From the NCBI GenBank assembly GCA_030532125.1, contig JAUNLU010000003.1:26491-90490 (forward strand): DNA of 64,000 nucleotides, in the 5' to 3' direction. Below the pieces are notes generated by a model. The model had not been told where the DNA came from. It saw nothing but the letters and a program-made list of their open reading frames with translations, and made no database searches. This document shows, piece by piece, positions 1 through 9,911 of this stretch (position 1 is its first letter; each line of letters begins with the position of its first letter). The DNA is from Trueperella sp. GTDB taxonomy: Bacteria; Actinomycetota; Actinomycetes; Actinomycetales; Actinomycetaceae. The position numbers and the translations under genes were made by a program.

Positions 1-59
1 ATCTCAACTAGTTCAGATTCGGTCAGTTTGCGGCCGCGTAAATCGATCAGTTGCAACAT
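1..59 (-). CDS. 5' end of a CDS running off the window; N-terminus resembles actinobacterial histidinol dehydrogenase
   Basis: The reverse-strand ATG at 59..57 gives MLQLIDLRGRKLTESELVE. This fits the ML-xx-IDLRG-xx-LT-xx-EL pattern I recall at HisD N-termini. Only 19 codons are visible. Confidence 0.35.
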   Translation of the reverse strand, partial: MLQLIDLRGRKLTESELVE

Positions 60-125
60 GCAGCCAATTCTACCTATCTGTGGCTAAAGACAGCAGAGCT
101 GCCAGGTGGTGGACGCTAGCGGCAC

Positions 126-920
126 TCACCGCAAATCAGTACGTACCGCGTCTACCGCGCCACCAAACCGGCGATCGCGGGTGGTGTAGTCCCGAACACA
201 CCGCCACAGCAGTTCGCGATCAAAATCTGGCCACGGCTCATCAACAAACAGCAGTTCGGCATACGGAGCTTCCCACAGCATGAAATTGGAGGTGCGCCGC
301 TCTCCCCCGGAACGAATGAACAGATCCACATCCGGCAAATCCGGTTGATAGAGATATTGCCCTATCAGCTCTTCAGATACTTGCCGTGGATCTACCGCGC
401 CAGCTGCTACGTCGCGGGCAATCCCAGCCATTGCGTCTACTATCTCAGCCCGCCCACCGTAGTTCATACAAAAGTTGAGCGTAAGCGTGCGATTATGCCG
501 AGTTTGCCGTTGCGCAGTCTGCAATTCAGTTAGCACTGATCTCCATAGCCGTTTATAACTCCCGGACCACACAATTCGCACGCCCCACGAATCTAATTCA
601 TCACGCCGTTCTGCGATCACTTTCCGGGAATAGTTCATTAAGAAAACGACTTCCTGTGGAGAACGCCGCCAGTTCTCAGTGGAAAACGCATATACCGACA
701 CCGTCTCCACTCCAAGTTCGATTGCTCCGGCCAGCACATCCATCAGAGCATCTTCGCCAGCTCGGTGCCCCGCAGTGCGCAACAGGCCGCGCGAATTTGC
801 CCAGCGCCCATTCCCGTCCATCACAATCGCAATATGCCGCGGGATGTCTAACTCAGTGCGGTTGGCAGGTAATTGACTGCCTGGGCGGGGTGGAGTGGCC
901 AGAGTGCGCGTTTTGCTCAT
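126..920 (-). CDS. uppS: Isoprenyl transferase / undecaprenyl-diphosphate synthase
   Basis: 264-aa ORF with HIAIVMDGNGRWA and YAFSTENWRR motifs typical of cis-prenyltransferases. It sits in recO-uppS synteny. Confidence 0.93.
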   Translation of the reverse strand: MSKTRTLATPPRPGSQLPANRTELDIPRHIAIVMDGNGRWANSRGLLRTAGHRAGEDALMDVLAGAIELGVETVSVYAFSTENWRRSPQEVVFLMNYSRKVIAERRDELDSWGVRIVWSGSYKRLWRSVLTELQTAQRQTRHNRTLTLNFCMNYGGRAEIVDAMAGIARDVAAGAVDPRQVSEELIGQYLYQPDLPDVDLFIRSGGERRTSNFMLWEAPYAELLFVDEPWPDFDRELLWRCVRDYTTRDRRFGGAVDAVRTDLR

Positions 921-937
921 AACTACAGTTTACGTGG

Positions 938-1711
938 TTAGGCACTGACTGCAGCAGGACGACGGCGAATCTCCCCAGCTGGTTTTCCTACTAATCGCAG
1001 TGACTTCACTTGCCGCTCCAGATGCCACTGCACAAATGCTGCCACGATACCCCCTACGGCACGGCGTTCCGGGTGAGCAGCAGTATCGGCTATTTTCCAG
1101 TCTCCCGCTGCCAATGCCCCCAATAACTGCCAAGTTGCCACAGCTGGCACTATTGATCCCGGGGGGCGGCAGTCATCACAAACTGCACCCCCAGCGGTAA
1201 TATTTAGGGCTTCATGCGGCCCAGGAGCACCACAAATGGCACATTCAAAAATGGCGAGCTGCCAACCAGCATGTGCCATCGACCGCAGCAGATAGGAGTT
1301 CATCACTAGGTCGACTGCATGGGTGCCGGCAGCCATCGCATGTAGGGCACCGTGGAGTAGCTGAAATGCCGTTAGATCTGGGTCAGCCTCTTCACTGGCT
1401 AACCGATCTGCTGTTTCTACCATGGCGGAGGCAGCAGTAAATGCCTCATAGTCGGATACCAAGGCCCGCCCATATTGATTGCGGGACTCCACTTGAGTGA
1501 TGACATCCAGGCTGCGCCCCCGGTAAAACTGAGCATCTACCAAGGAAAATGGCTCCAGGCGAGCGCCAAATCGCGATTTAGTACGCCGCACGCCTTTAGC
1601 TACTGCCCGCACTTTTCCATATTTTGGCGTGAGCAGCGTAATGATGCGGTCTGCCTCACCCAAGTCATGGCAACGCAGCACGATTGCGTCATCCCGATAT
1701 GTCTTGCTCAC
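938..1711 (-). CDS. recO: DNA repair protein RecO
   Basis: 257-aa ORF with a RecO-like N-terminus (DDAIVLR..LGEADRIITLLT..GKVRAVAKGVRRTKSRF) and a C-terminal Cys cluster (CAICG...CDDC). It lies between era and uppS. Confidence 0.9.
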   Translation of the reverse strand: MSKTYRDDAIVLRCHDLGEADRIITLLTPKYGKVRAVAKGVRRTKSRFGARLEPFSLVDAQFYRGRSLDVITQVESRNQYGRALVSDYEAFTAASAMVETADRLASEEADPDLTAFQLLHGALHAMAAGTHAVDLVMNSYLLRSMAHAGWQLAIFECAICGAPGPHEALNITAGGAVCDDCRPPGSIVPAVATWQLLGALAAGDWKIADTAAHPERRAVGGIVAAFVQWHLERQVKSLRLVGKPAGEIRRRPAAVSA

Positions 1712-1789
1712 GCTGGTAATCTAACGCAGGTTTAAGCTGATATCGGTGAACCCCTGCGGGAGTTTCCCGCACAGCTTAGCGCCGCTTCC

Positions 1790-3583
1790 TTAGCGCAGCG
1801 CACGATTAACTGCGGAGATAATGGCTTGGAATGTAGCCGTGACGGTAGATGGGTCGATTCCAACTCCCCACAAAACTTGATCGCCCACCAGGCACTCTAC
1901 ATATGCCGCTGCAGTGGCATCTTCACCTTCAGAGAGCGCATGTTCGGCATAATCCAAAATACGCACCTCCACTCCGAGTTTCTCCAGGGCACTAGTAAAT
2001 GCATCCACTGGGCCATTCCCGGAGCTGGTGAAGGTAATATCGCGCCGCTGTGGTTCTACTCCCGCTGCCACGCCGTCGGCCATATTTTCAGACAGCGTCA
2101 CCGTCAGCTGGGAGTGCTGCCCTTCATCTGCAGTAGTAATAGCGGAACCGCGCAGCGCGTACTTCCCCCACGGTTTCAAGCCAGCTGCCGTGGTATAGGG
2201 CAGATATTCATCAGCGAAGATATTCCACAATAGATCGCCGGTAACTTCCCCGCCGAAGGTGTCCGTGTAGTTTTGCACCAGGGCCGACACCTCCATTTGC
2301 AGACGGCGAGGCAATTCCAAATGGCGCGTAGACGACAGCAAATACGCCACGCCGCCCTTGCCAGACTGGGAGTTAACGCGCACTACTGCCTCATAGGAGC
2401 GCCCAACGTCATCAGGGTCAATCGGCAGATACGGAACCTCCCACGGCACCGCAGTTTCGTCACCGCCTGCTGCGGCGACTTGCTTCTTACGATCCGCAAA
2501 GCCCTTATTAATCGCATCTTGGTGCGAGCCGGAGAATGAGGTGTAGACCAATTCACCACCGTATGGCGCCCGCACCGGAATTTCCATCCCAGTACACCGC
2601 TCCACCGTTTCCCGGATTTCATCCAACTGGCTCAAATCTAGCTGCGGATCTACTCCATCTGAGAACAAGTTGAGCGCAACGGTTATCAGGTCCACGTTTC
2701 CGGTACGCTCACCCTGGCCGAATAGACAGCCTTCCACCCGGTCTACTCCAGCCAACAGCGCCAGTTCTGTGGTGGCAACTCCAGTGCCGCGGTCATTATG
2801 GTTATGCGCCGAGAGGGTGATGAATTCCCGCCGCGTCAAATTCCGACTCATCCACTCAATCTGATCCGCGTAAACATTGGGAGTACACCGTTCCACCGTG
2901 GTGGGCAAATTCAGAATAATTTCTCGCTCCGCACTGGGCTGCCACACGTCCATCACGGCCTCACAAACCTCGAGGGCAAATTCCAGTTCAGTGTCGACGA
3001 AGATCTCTGGCGAGTACTCAAAGCCGACGACGGTTTCGGTGCCGATCGTTTTTTCCAAATAGGAAACCAATTCTCGAGTTCCAGCCACCGCCAGTTCGCG
3101 GATCTGCTCCCGATTTTTACCAAATACCACCCGCCGAAAAACTGGTGCCGTGGCGTTATACAGATGCACGGTGGCATTAGGTAGCCCCTGCAGCGCATCT
3201 ACCGTGCGGTGAATGATCTCTGGTCGCGACTGCGTCAGCACTGAAACGGTAACGTCAGCGGGTACGGCGTCGTCTTCCACCAAAGAACGCACGAAGTCGT
3301 AATCTGCCCGGGAAGCCGCCGGAAAACCAATTTCTATTTCTTTGACGCCGATGCGCATCAGCAAGTCGAATAGTTCGCGTTTTTTCTCCGGGCTCATCGG
3401 TTCAATCAGCGCCTGGTTGCCGTCGCGCAAATCAGTAGAGAGCCAGCGTGGAGCTTTGCTAATCCGATTATTTGGCCAGGTCCGGTCAGGCAACGACACT
3501 GGATTAACATCTAAGAAATGGCGATACTTCGCGCTGGGCATTCCAGAGGGCTGTTGTGCGCTATATTTTCCACGGGTTTTCAT
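1790..3583 (-). CDS. leuA: 2-isopropylmalate synthase (long actinobacterial form)
   Basis: LRDGNQAL and HNHNDRGTG motifs and a C-terminal regulatory domain. The ORF track starts at a GTG (3622). I prefer the ATG at 3583, which follows a GGAAGGA Shine-Dalgarno by 5 nt. Confidence 0.92.
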   Translation of the reverse strand: MKTRGKYSAQQPSGMPSAKYRHFLDVNPVSLPDRTWPNNRISKAPRWLSTDLRDGNQALIEPMSPEKKRELFDLLMRIGVKEIEIGFPAASRADYDFVRSLVEDDAVPADVTVSVLTQSRPEIIHRTVDALQGLPNATVHLYNATAPVFRRVVFGKNREQIRELAVAGTRELVSYLEKTIGTETVVGFEYSPEIFVDTELEFALEVCEAVMDVWQPSAEREIILNLPTTVERCTPNVYADQIEWMSRNLTRREFITLSAHNHNDRGTGVATTELALLAGVDRVEGCLFGQGERTGNVDLITVALNLFSDGVDPQLDLSQLDEIRETVERCTGMEIPVRAPYGGELVYTSFSGSHQDAINKGFADRKKQVAAAGGDETAVPWEVPYLPIDPDDVGRSYEAVVRVNSQSGKGGVAYLLSSTRHLELPRRLQMEVSALVQNYTDTFGGEVTGDLLWNIFADEYLPYTTAAGLKPWGKYALRGSAITTADEGQHSQLTVTLSENMADGVAAGVEPQRRDITFTSSGNGPVDAFTSALEKLGVEVRILDYAEHALSEGEDATAAAYVECLVGDQVLWGVGIDPSTVTATFQAIISAVNRALR

Positions 3584-3652
3584 TGGTTTCCTTCCACTTT
3601 TCGGCAATTTTGGCCGACGCACGTGAAAATCCCGCGGGGAGGGAGTCAGCCG

Positions 3653-3697
3653 TTAGCTAACCTCACCGCGGCAATTAAGCAGAAGCTCCTGACGCAT
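3653..3697 (-). promoter_or_regulatory. Candidate leucine leader peptide (MRQELLLNCRGEVS) upstream of leuA
   Basis: 14-codon uORF with three consecutive Leu codons (CTT CTG CTT). It is followed by a GC-rich hairpin (CCGCGGTGAGG / CCTCCCCGCGG) and then ATTTT, all inside the 123-nt leuA leader. Confidence 0.3.
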
Positions 3698-3706
3698 GGT
3701 TTCACT

Positions 3707-4603
3707 CTAAACGCTGCGACTCGAAATCTGCAATGCAATCACGGTGATATTGTCGTGCCCACCGGCGGCCAGAGCGCAGTCAGTCAGATCGGTAACTAGG
3801 TTCGCCACTTTTCCACCTGCGTGCGCAATAAGCTGGTCTTTTAACTCGTTTTGCGTCAGTTCATCCGAGAGTCCATCCGAGCAAATCAGCAGTAAATCAT
3901 CCGTGGCTAACTCCAGCGGAGTGAACTCCACCACGGGCGTGCCATAGGTGCCAATTGCCCGCGTAATGATATTGCGCCGGGGATGAAAATGCGCTTCTTC
4001 GGCAGTCAACAGCCCATCGTCAACCATCATCTGCACTAGTGAATGATCGCGGGTCACCTGATATAGCTCATCACCCCGCCACCGGTATACCCGAGAATCG
4101 CCCACATGAAATGCGAATGGTTGTGGCCCCAGCACTACGCCGGCTACCGTGGAACCAGCCTTATCAGTGGGGCTGTTCGCTGCCTCTGGGCGAGATATTT
4201 CCGATGACGGCGCCGCTTCCCCTTGCCCCAGCCCTGCAGCCTGGGCCAAATAAGCGCTGTTCATTTGGGGCAATACCTGAGTCTGCGTTTCCGGTGAAAT
4301 AGTACCAGCCATAATTTGCGTAATATTTTGTGCCGCTACCGCAATTACTTCCGAGATCAGCTGCTGAAAGTTTTCTGTTTGTACTGCTGGTTCCAATTGG
4401 GAATGCGGCAAAAGCCGAGCCAGTTCGCCGTCTGCCCAGTCCAGCGCGTGTACTACTTCTTGGGCGGCTCGATCGCCGAGTTTAGCGCCACCCATGCCAT
4501 CTGCCACTGCATATATGTACTGGCCACGGTAGGTGCTGTCTTCATTGTGTTTGCGGCGCAACCCAATATCAGTATGGATGGCGTGGTCAGCGACATAGAA
4601 CAT
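3707..4603 (-). CDS. PP2C-family Ser/Thr protein phosphatase
   Basis: 298-aa ORF with the PPM signatures ADGMGG, DGLSD and GGHDNITV. Confidence 0.85.
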   Translation of the reverse strand: MFYVADHAIHTDIGLRRKHNEDSTYRGQYIYAVADGMGGAKLGDRAAQEVVHALDWADGELARLLPHSQLEPAVQTENFQQLISEVIAVAAQNITQIMAGTISPETQTQVLPQMNSAYLAQAAGLGQGEAAPSSEISRPEAANSPTDKAGSTVAGVVLGPQPFAFHVGDSRVYRWRGDELYQVTRDHSLVQMMVDDGLLTAEEAHFHPRRNIITRAIGTYGTPVVEFTPLELATDDLLLICSDGLSDELTQNELKDQLIAHAGGKVANLVTDLTDCALAAGGHDNITVIALQISSRSV

Positions 4604-4661
4604 GTTTTTCGCTATCAGTTAAGTGGCAGTTGCGAGTATGCCTATTTTAGCTAATTGCAGT

Positions 4662-6188
4662 TCATGCTGAAACTATTGACGGAAAGATACCCCAGTAGGC
4701 GATTGAAAACAGCAATAAGGTATATCCAAGCGCTGCCACCGCCAAAGTGGCAGTGACATATCTATTCTTCGGTGCCAGCTCTACCCATTTTTGCCCTAAC
4801 CGCACTACCGCCAAAACTGCCAGCAAAGCCACCGCCTGCAATATCAGCCAGCCGCCCTGCACTAATAGCCGATTTTGTTCATAATTAAGTGCAATCTGCA
4901 CAATGGCAAATAAATATCCGATAAATAGTAGCCACAGGGCCAACACCAAAAAACCACAGCGCCAAATCCGGCGCACTAACTGCGCTCCGACTTTGCGCGT
5001 GGGCTGATCTTGGTTACGCCGCCAGTAGATATATCCCCCAGTTGCCATCACTGCCCCAACTGCAGTGAAGATGACGCCTAATGCCAAAATCACCAGCATC
5101 GCCGGCATCGAGCCAAACCAGCGGGGCGTTTGGAAAGTCGGAGCAGTAAAATCTTGGCGCGGCTGTGCCCCCGCGATCTGTGAGCTTTCGGTTACCGCAC
5201 TCGGCAGCCCATTAATGAAATCGGCGGTGTCTTGATATGGCAATGGGGAAATAAACCCATTTATTCGCAACCCATGGTCGGACTGGGCGTAGTACCGCAC
5301 CAGCAGCTGACTATTCTCCGCTTTGTCCAAATCTGATTTTAACTGCAGCGGCCCCTGGATCTGCGGAGTTGATGAATCCTCAGTTCCGTAGATCATCAGT
5401 ACTGGTATTTTCATCTGCTGGTGATAGGGGGCGGGGTTGAATCTGGCGTAATTAAACATCTGTTCCTCTGCCAGCGCCCCAGATATTGCCCGGATCGCCG
5501 CTGCGTATAGCTGTGCTGGTCCGCCAATATCCCGCAGATAAGTCACCGCGGCAAGGGCCCCCTGATTTTTAATCGGAATGACTGGGTCAGATACCAGCAC
5601 CGTGAACGCAGCTTGGGGATCGTTAGCAACAGATATCGGAGCAATCAATGCACCTTCTGATTCACCGTAGTACCCTACCTGCGCGCGATAGACCGATTCT
5701 TGATTACGCAGCCAGTTTGCCACTGCTAAATAATGTTGCCCAAGTCGGGTATAGTCGCGCTCCGTAACGGAATAGGTGACAAGCGGTTTATCGGGAACCG
5801 CCGTCACTACTCCCGCTGAAGCCAACCATTGTGCATGTGGGCTGAATGCTGTGTGTTTATAAGTTCCGGTACCATGCAGAAAGACGACGCCGGGGCGCTG
5901 CCCGTCCACTCCAATCGGCTCACGTAGGGTAACTTTAATGTTTTTCCCATCCGGCATTTCCACTTCATGAATAGATACCCGAATGGAGTACTGCCCTATC
6001 CGCGGAGTTTCCACCAAAGACTTTATTGCGGTATCCGCAGTTTGTGGAATTACGGCATTGGGCATCGGCTTGGGATTGTATCCCGGGCCTGCCCAGGCTC
6101 CCCAAGCACCCAGCAACAGCACCGCCAGAATCCATAGCACATAGGTCTTGCGGAGGAGTCGGCGTAACAGACTTTTTTCAGAAACCAA
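4662..6188 (-). CDS. Membrane-anchored alpha/beta-hydrolase family protein
   Basis: 508-aa ORF with an N-terminal TM helix, a GESEG nucleophile elbow (GxSxG), a later SDHG, and several C-terminal TM helices. Confidence 0.6.
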   Translation of the reverse strand: MVSEKSLLRRLLRKTYVLWILAVLLLGAWGAWAGPGYNPKPMPNAVIPQTADTAIKSLVETPRIGQYSIRVSIHEVEMPDGKNIKVTLREPIGVDGQRPGVVFLHGTGTYKHTAFSPHAQWLASAGVVTAVPDKPLVTYSVTERDYTRLGQHYLAVANWLRNQESVYRAQVGYYGESEGALIAPISVANDPQAAFTVLVSDPVIPIKNQGALAAVTYLRDIGGPAQLYAAAIRAISGALAEEQMFNYARFNPAPYHQQMKIPVLMIYGTEDSSTPQIQGPLQLKSDLDKAENSQLLVRYYAQSDHGLRINGFISPLPYQDTADFINGLPSAVTESSQIAGAQPRQDFTAPTFQTPRWFGSMPAMLVILALGVIFTAVGAVMATGGYIYWRRNQDQPTRKVGAQLVRRIWRCGFLVLALWLLFIGYLFAIVQIALNYEQNRLLVQGGWLILQAVALLAVLAVVRLGQKWVELAPKNRYVTATLAVAALGYTLLLFSIAYWGIFPSIVSA

Positions 6189-7092
6189 GGCGACTCAACA
6201 GTTTCGGATCGCGCTGCCACTCCTTCGCCACGCGCACATGCAAATCTAAATAAACTTGCTGACCCAACATTTTTTCCAGGCTGGAGCGGGCGCGCGTCCC
6301 AACTTCGCGCAACCGAGCGCCTTTCTTCCCAATAATGATTCCTTTTTGTGACGGACGCTCTACATATACATCTGCTTGAATTGCAATGAGTTCACTGCCG
6401 TCTTTGCGCAGGCGCGGTGCCATTTCTTCTACTAATACCGCGATGGAGTGCGGCAGCTCTTCTCGAACGCCCACTAATGCCGCTTCCCGGATTAGCTCTG
6501 CCACCATAGTTTCTTCGGACTGATCGGTAGCCATATCGCGCGGGTATAGCGGTGGACTAACCGGCATCTGCTTTGCCACTAGCTCCGCTAGCAGTTCAAT
6601 CTGTTCACCTCGTACTGCGCTAACCGGCACTATCTCAGCAAATTTAATGTCTGCCAATTGGCTAATCTCGATTAATTTATCGGCCATCGCAGCTTTATCA
6701 ACCAAGTCCGCCTTAGTAACCACTGCAAATACCGGCGTCTGCGCAGCTTTCACTTTTTCCAGTAAGAAACGATCCCCCGGACCAATCGGTTCATTTGCGG
6801 GCAGGCACACCATGATGGCATCCATATCGACCAGGGACTCCCGCACCATGTCATTTAGCCGTTCCCCCAATAGAGTACGTGGCCGGTGCATCCCCGGGGT
6901 GTCTACTACGATTAGCTGCCCTTGCTCCAACTGCACAATGCCCCGAATTATCCGGCGGGTAGTCTCTGGCTGATCGGCGGTAATTGCCACCTTAGAGCCG
7001 ACCAACGCATTGGTAAGCGTAGATTTTCCGGCATTAGGCCGCCCAACTACCGACACAAAGCCAGCTCGGAAGTTTTCAAATTCTGTATTCAC
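6178..7092 (-). CDS. era: GTPase Era
   Basis: G1 motif GRPNAGKST, DTPG, TKAD, and a C-terminal KH domain (IIIGKKGARL). It sits in ybeY-tlyC-era synteny. Confidence 0.95.
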   Translation of the reverse strand: MNTEFENFRAGFVSVVGRPNAGKSTLTNALVGSKVAITADQPETTRRIIRGIVQLEQGQLIVVDTPGMHRPRTLLGERLNDMVRESLVDMDAIMVCLPANEPIGPGDRFLLEKVKAAQTPVFAVVTKADLVDKAAMADKLIEISQLADIKFAEIVPVSAVRGEQIELLAELVAKQMPVSPPLYPRDMATDQSEETMVAELIREAALVGVREELPHSIAVLVEEMAPRLRKDGSELIAIQADVYVERPSQKGIIIGKKGARLREVGTRARSSLEKMLGQQVYLDLHVRVAKEWQRDPKLLSRLGF

Positions 7093-7094
7093 CG

Positions 7095-8342
7095 TTATTC
7101 ATCCTCGGTTTCCACTGGGATACGTGAGACTATCAGCCATGATAGTTGCCGGCGCCGGCCTTCAAACCGATCTGCCCGCAATTTCAGCCCGGCAATCTCC
7201 CCCACTGATCCGGCGATTGGCACCCGGCCAATAGCTTTGTTTAGCAGGCCTCCTGCGGTGTCGACGTCGTCATCTTCCAGCTGGATATCAAATAGGTCGC
7301 CGAGATCGTCAATCGGCATACGCGCTGGTACGCGCCAGCTGCCATCCGCCAGCGCTTCCGGTTCTGCTTCCGCGCGGTCATGCTCATCTACCATTTCGCC
7401 GACCAACTCTTCAAGCAGGTCTTCGATGGTGACTAGTCCAGCTATGCCGCCGTATTCATCTACTACTAACGCAATATGCACCGAATCGCGTTGCATCATA
7501 TGTAGTAGGTCATCCACCAGCACCATTTCCGGGACGAATACCGGTTCGCGCATAATATCGCGCACCGTAACTTCATCTGCATCGGAGCGGCGATGGGTGC
7601 GTTTAATGACGTCTTTTAGATAGACCACCCCGAGCAAGTCATCGACCGTCTCTCCCACCACTGGCACCCGGGAAAATCCGGAACGGCTGAACAAAGCCAG
7701 CACGCGATCTAAGGACTCATCTACTCCGACCGAGATCATATCCGTGCGCGGTACCATTACTTCGCGCACTAAGGTGCGTGACATTTCAAATACCGAGTGG
7801 AGCATTTCGCGTTCGTCTTCCTCGATCACCTCAGATTCCGAAACGCGTTCCACCATAACTGCCAGTTGTTCTTCCTCGTTTTCCCGCTCGCCATCATCAG
7901 GTTCTCGGGCCGTAACGAATACTGATCCAATCCGAGTCAGCGGCCACAGCAACCATCCGGTCAGCTTGATTACCAGAGCTGGATTTTTATAACCCAGCCG
8001 GGCGGGCAGTACAAAACTGAGCACGCTTAAGAAGATTACCGCTGCAGCGGCTACCGCCCCCAGCAATACCCACGGGTGATGGATGAGTTCTGACATCACC
8101 AACGTCAAGCTAATGGCAAATAACAGCGCAAAGAAAAGCCGTAACCCCGCAGTGGTGGCTACCGCGGCTGGGCGGCGGTCAGCAATTTTCCGGATATACT
8201 TCCCGCCAGTTTCGGTAGCAAATGGCGCTTCGGCCTGCGCACGAGTCAACCGGGAAAGAGCAGCCAATAAGATGCCGCTCAGCACTTCCAGGATCAGCGC
8301 TACTACAGCTATCAGCGATAGACCAACTACCGGTATTTGCAC
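7095..8342 (-). CDS. Hemolysin-family / CorC-type membrane protein (DUF21-CBS-CorC_HlyC)
   Basis: 415-aa ORF with N-terminal TM helices, a CBS pair region and a C-terminal CorC/HlyC-like domain. It occupies the conserved position between ybeY and era. Confidence 0.85.
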   Translation of the reverse strand: MQIPVVGLSLIAVVALILEVLSGILLAALSRLTRAQAEAPFATETGGKYIRKIADRRPAAVATTAGLRLFFALLFAISLTLVMSELIHHPWVLLGAVAAAAVIFLSVLSFVLPARLGYKNPALVIKLTGWLLWPLTRIGSVFVTAREPDDGERENEEEQLAVMVERVSESEVIEEDEREMLHSVFEMSRTLVREVMVPRTDMISVGVDESLDRVLALFSRSGFSRVPVVGETVDDLLGVVYLKDVIKRTHRRSDADEVTVRDIMREPVFVPEMVLVDDLLHMMQRDSVHIALVVDEYGGIAGLVTIEDLLEELVGEMVDEHDRAEAEPEALADGSWRVPARMPIDDLGDLFDIQLEDDDVDTAGGLLNKAIGRVPIAGSVGEIAGLKLRADRFEGRRRQLSWLIVSRIPVETEDE

Positions 8343-8351
8343 TCCGATTCC

Positions 8352-8873
8352 TCAATCCACTGTGGGGGCAATATCATCCAGGTTTTCCCATGATACGGCT
8401 TCCCCACCGGCTGCTGATTGCTGATTTGCCAAAAAAGTGAGCAATAAGCGCCGTTGTAGCTCGAACATTTCCTCACGCTCGGCGTCTTCCATATGATCGA
8501 AACCTAACAAGTGCAAAATACCGTGGGTGACCAGCAATAAAACTTCTTCAATTGTGGCGTGTCCCGAGCGGCGGGCTTGCCGGGCAGCCACTTGCGGGCA
8601 GACGGCGATATCGCCGAGTACCCCCGGGCGCGGTTCGGCACCGAGCGGGGCCGGCCGCAGCTCATCCATCGGGAAAGACATCACATCGGTTGGCCCGGGT
8701 AGGTTCATCCACTCCAGGTGCAGCTCCGCCATAGCCGGTTCATCAAGCAACAAAATAGATAGGTCAGCTTGCGGATGCACCCGCATTTCGTCTAGCACAA
8801 AAGTGGCTAATGCGGATATCTCAGCGCCAGCTATCGCCGGTTCAAATCCAGATTCGTCATTGACCTCAATCAT
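8352..8873 (-). CDS. ybeY: rRNA maturation endoribonuclease YbeY
   Basis: Zinc motif HGILHLLGFDH. I chose the start at the internal ATG (MIEVNDESG), which removes the long overlap with phoH that the full ORF (to 8975) would create. Confidence 0.9.
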   Translation of the reverse strand: MIEVNDESGFEPAIAGAEISALATFVLDEMRVHPQADLSILLLDEPAMAELHLEWMNLPGPTDVMSFPMDELRPAPLGAEPRPGVLGDIAVCPQVAARQARRSGHATIEEVLLLVTHGILHLLGFDHMEDAEREEMFELQRRLLLTFLANQQSAAGGEAVSWENLDDIAPTVD

Positions 8874-9906
8874 TTTTCTCTCCCGCTGCCGAGCTGGATT
8901 CAGTAGTTGCTGAGACTGAGCGATTTGCCCGCGGGGTGGGATCGGCACGCTCGGCGTCATACCTCGCATATGCATCGATTATGTCCGCTACTAGGCGGTG
9001 CCGCACCACATCAGCACTGCCCAGCTCGATCATTTTCACATCTGAAACATCGCGCAAAATACGCCGTACTATTTTCAGCCCGGAAGCTGTGCGCCCTGGC
9101 AAGTCAACTTGCGTGAGGTCACCAGTGATCACCATTTTTGAGTTAAACCCCAGCCGGGTGAGGAACATTTTCATCTGTTCCGGAGTGGTATTTTGCGCTT
9201 CATCCAAGATCACAAAGGCATCATTTAGTGTCCGCCCGCGCATATATGCCAGCGGCGCCACTTCAATCGTGCCCGCAGCTAACAGCTTGAGGATCACTTC
9301 CTGGTCGATCATGTCATATAGCGCATCGTAAAGCGGGCGCATGTACGGATCGATTTTGTCATTCAAGGTACCGGGCAAGAACCCGAGCGACTCCCCTGCC
9401 TCCACCACCGGGCGAGAAAGGATAATCCGTTTAACCTGATTATTTTGCAGTGCTACCACTGCTTTTGCCATCGCCAAATAAGTTTTCCCGGTACCAGCCG
9501 GACCAATCCCGAAAGTAATGGTGTTTTCGTCAATTGCATCCACATACGCTTTTTGCCCCAAGGTCTTGGGTCGGATAGTTTTCCCACGCGTAGTGAGAAT
9601 ATCGGCGTTGAGTAAATCAGTTGGCTTGGCCAACCCCGAACGCATAATCGCAATCGCCCGCTCCACAGAATCGACCGTGAGGTGTTCGCCCATTCGGGCC
9701 ACCGAAATAAGTTCAGCTAATAGATTTGCGGCCAAATCAACTGCCGCAATTTCGCCAGTTATTTTTATTTCTTGCCCCAGTACATGCAGCTGAGCTGGGG
9801 CCAGCCCACGTTCTAAGGCACGCAATACTTCGTCACGATGCCCCAAAATATTTATTAGCGGGATGTTGTTAGGAACAGTGATTATTCGGGTGACTTCGCT
9901 ACTCAT
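8866..9906 (-). CDS. phoH: PhoH-family ATPase
   Basis: Walker A GPAGTGKTYLA and the conserved PhoH core. The start is taken at MSSEVTRII (9906), which avoids overlap with rsmE. Confidence 0.9.
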   Translation of the reverse strand: MSSEVTRIITVPNNIPLINILGHRDEVLRALERGLAPAQLHVLGQEIKITGEIAAVDLAANLLAELISVARMGEHLTVDSVERAIAIMRSGLAKPTDLLNADILTTRGKTIRPKTLGQKAYVDAIDENTITFGIGPAGTGKTYLAMAKAVVALQNNQVKRIILSRPVVEAGESLGFLPGTLNDKIDPYMRPLYDALYDMIDQEVILKLLAAGTIEVAPLAYMRGRTLNDAFVILDEAQNTTPEQMKMFLTRLGFNSKMVITGDLTQVDLPGRTASGLKIVRRILRDVSDVKMIELGSADVVRHRLVADIIDAYARYDAERADPTPRANRSVSATTESSSAAGEKND

Positions 9907-9911
9907 CGTAT

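Noticed and set aside
6922-7623. 233-aa plus-strand ORF, and many similar antisense ORFs throughout the track (for example 23428..24120, 47972..48673, 59629..60228)
   Set aside because: These are shadow ORFs opposite well-supported genes. Their Ser/Arg/Ala/Pro-rich composition is typical of antisense frames in GC-rich DNA, and they have no motifs or plausible starts.
8874-8975. N-terminal extensions given by the ORF track for ybeY, and likewise for phoH, hrcA, hemW, the VKOR gene, pcp, the U32 peptidase, patatin, metN, rpsT and trxA
   Set aside because: The extensions overlap neighbouring genes or regulatory elements (CIRCE, the riboswitch) and encode non-conserved peptides. Internal starts give canonical N-termini.
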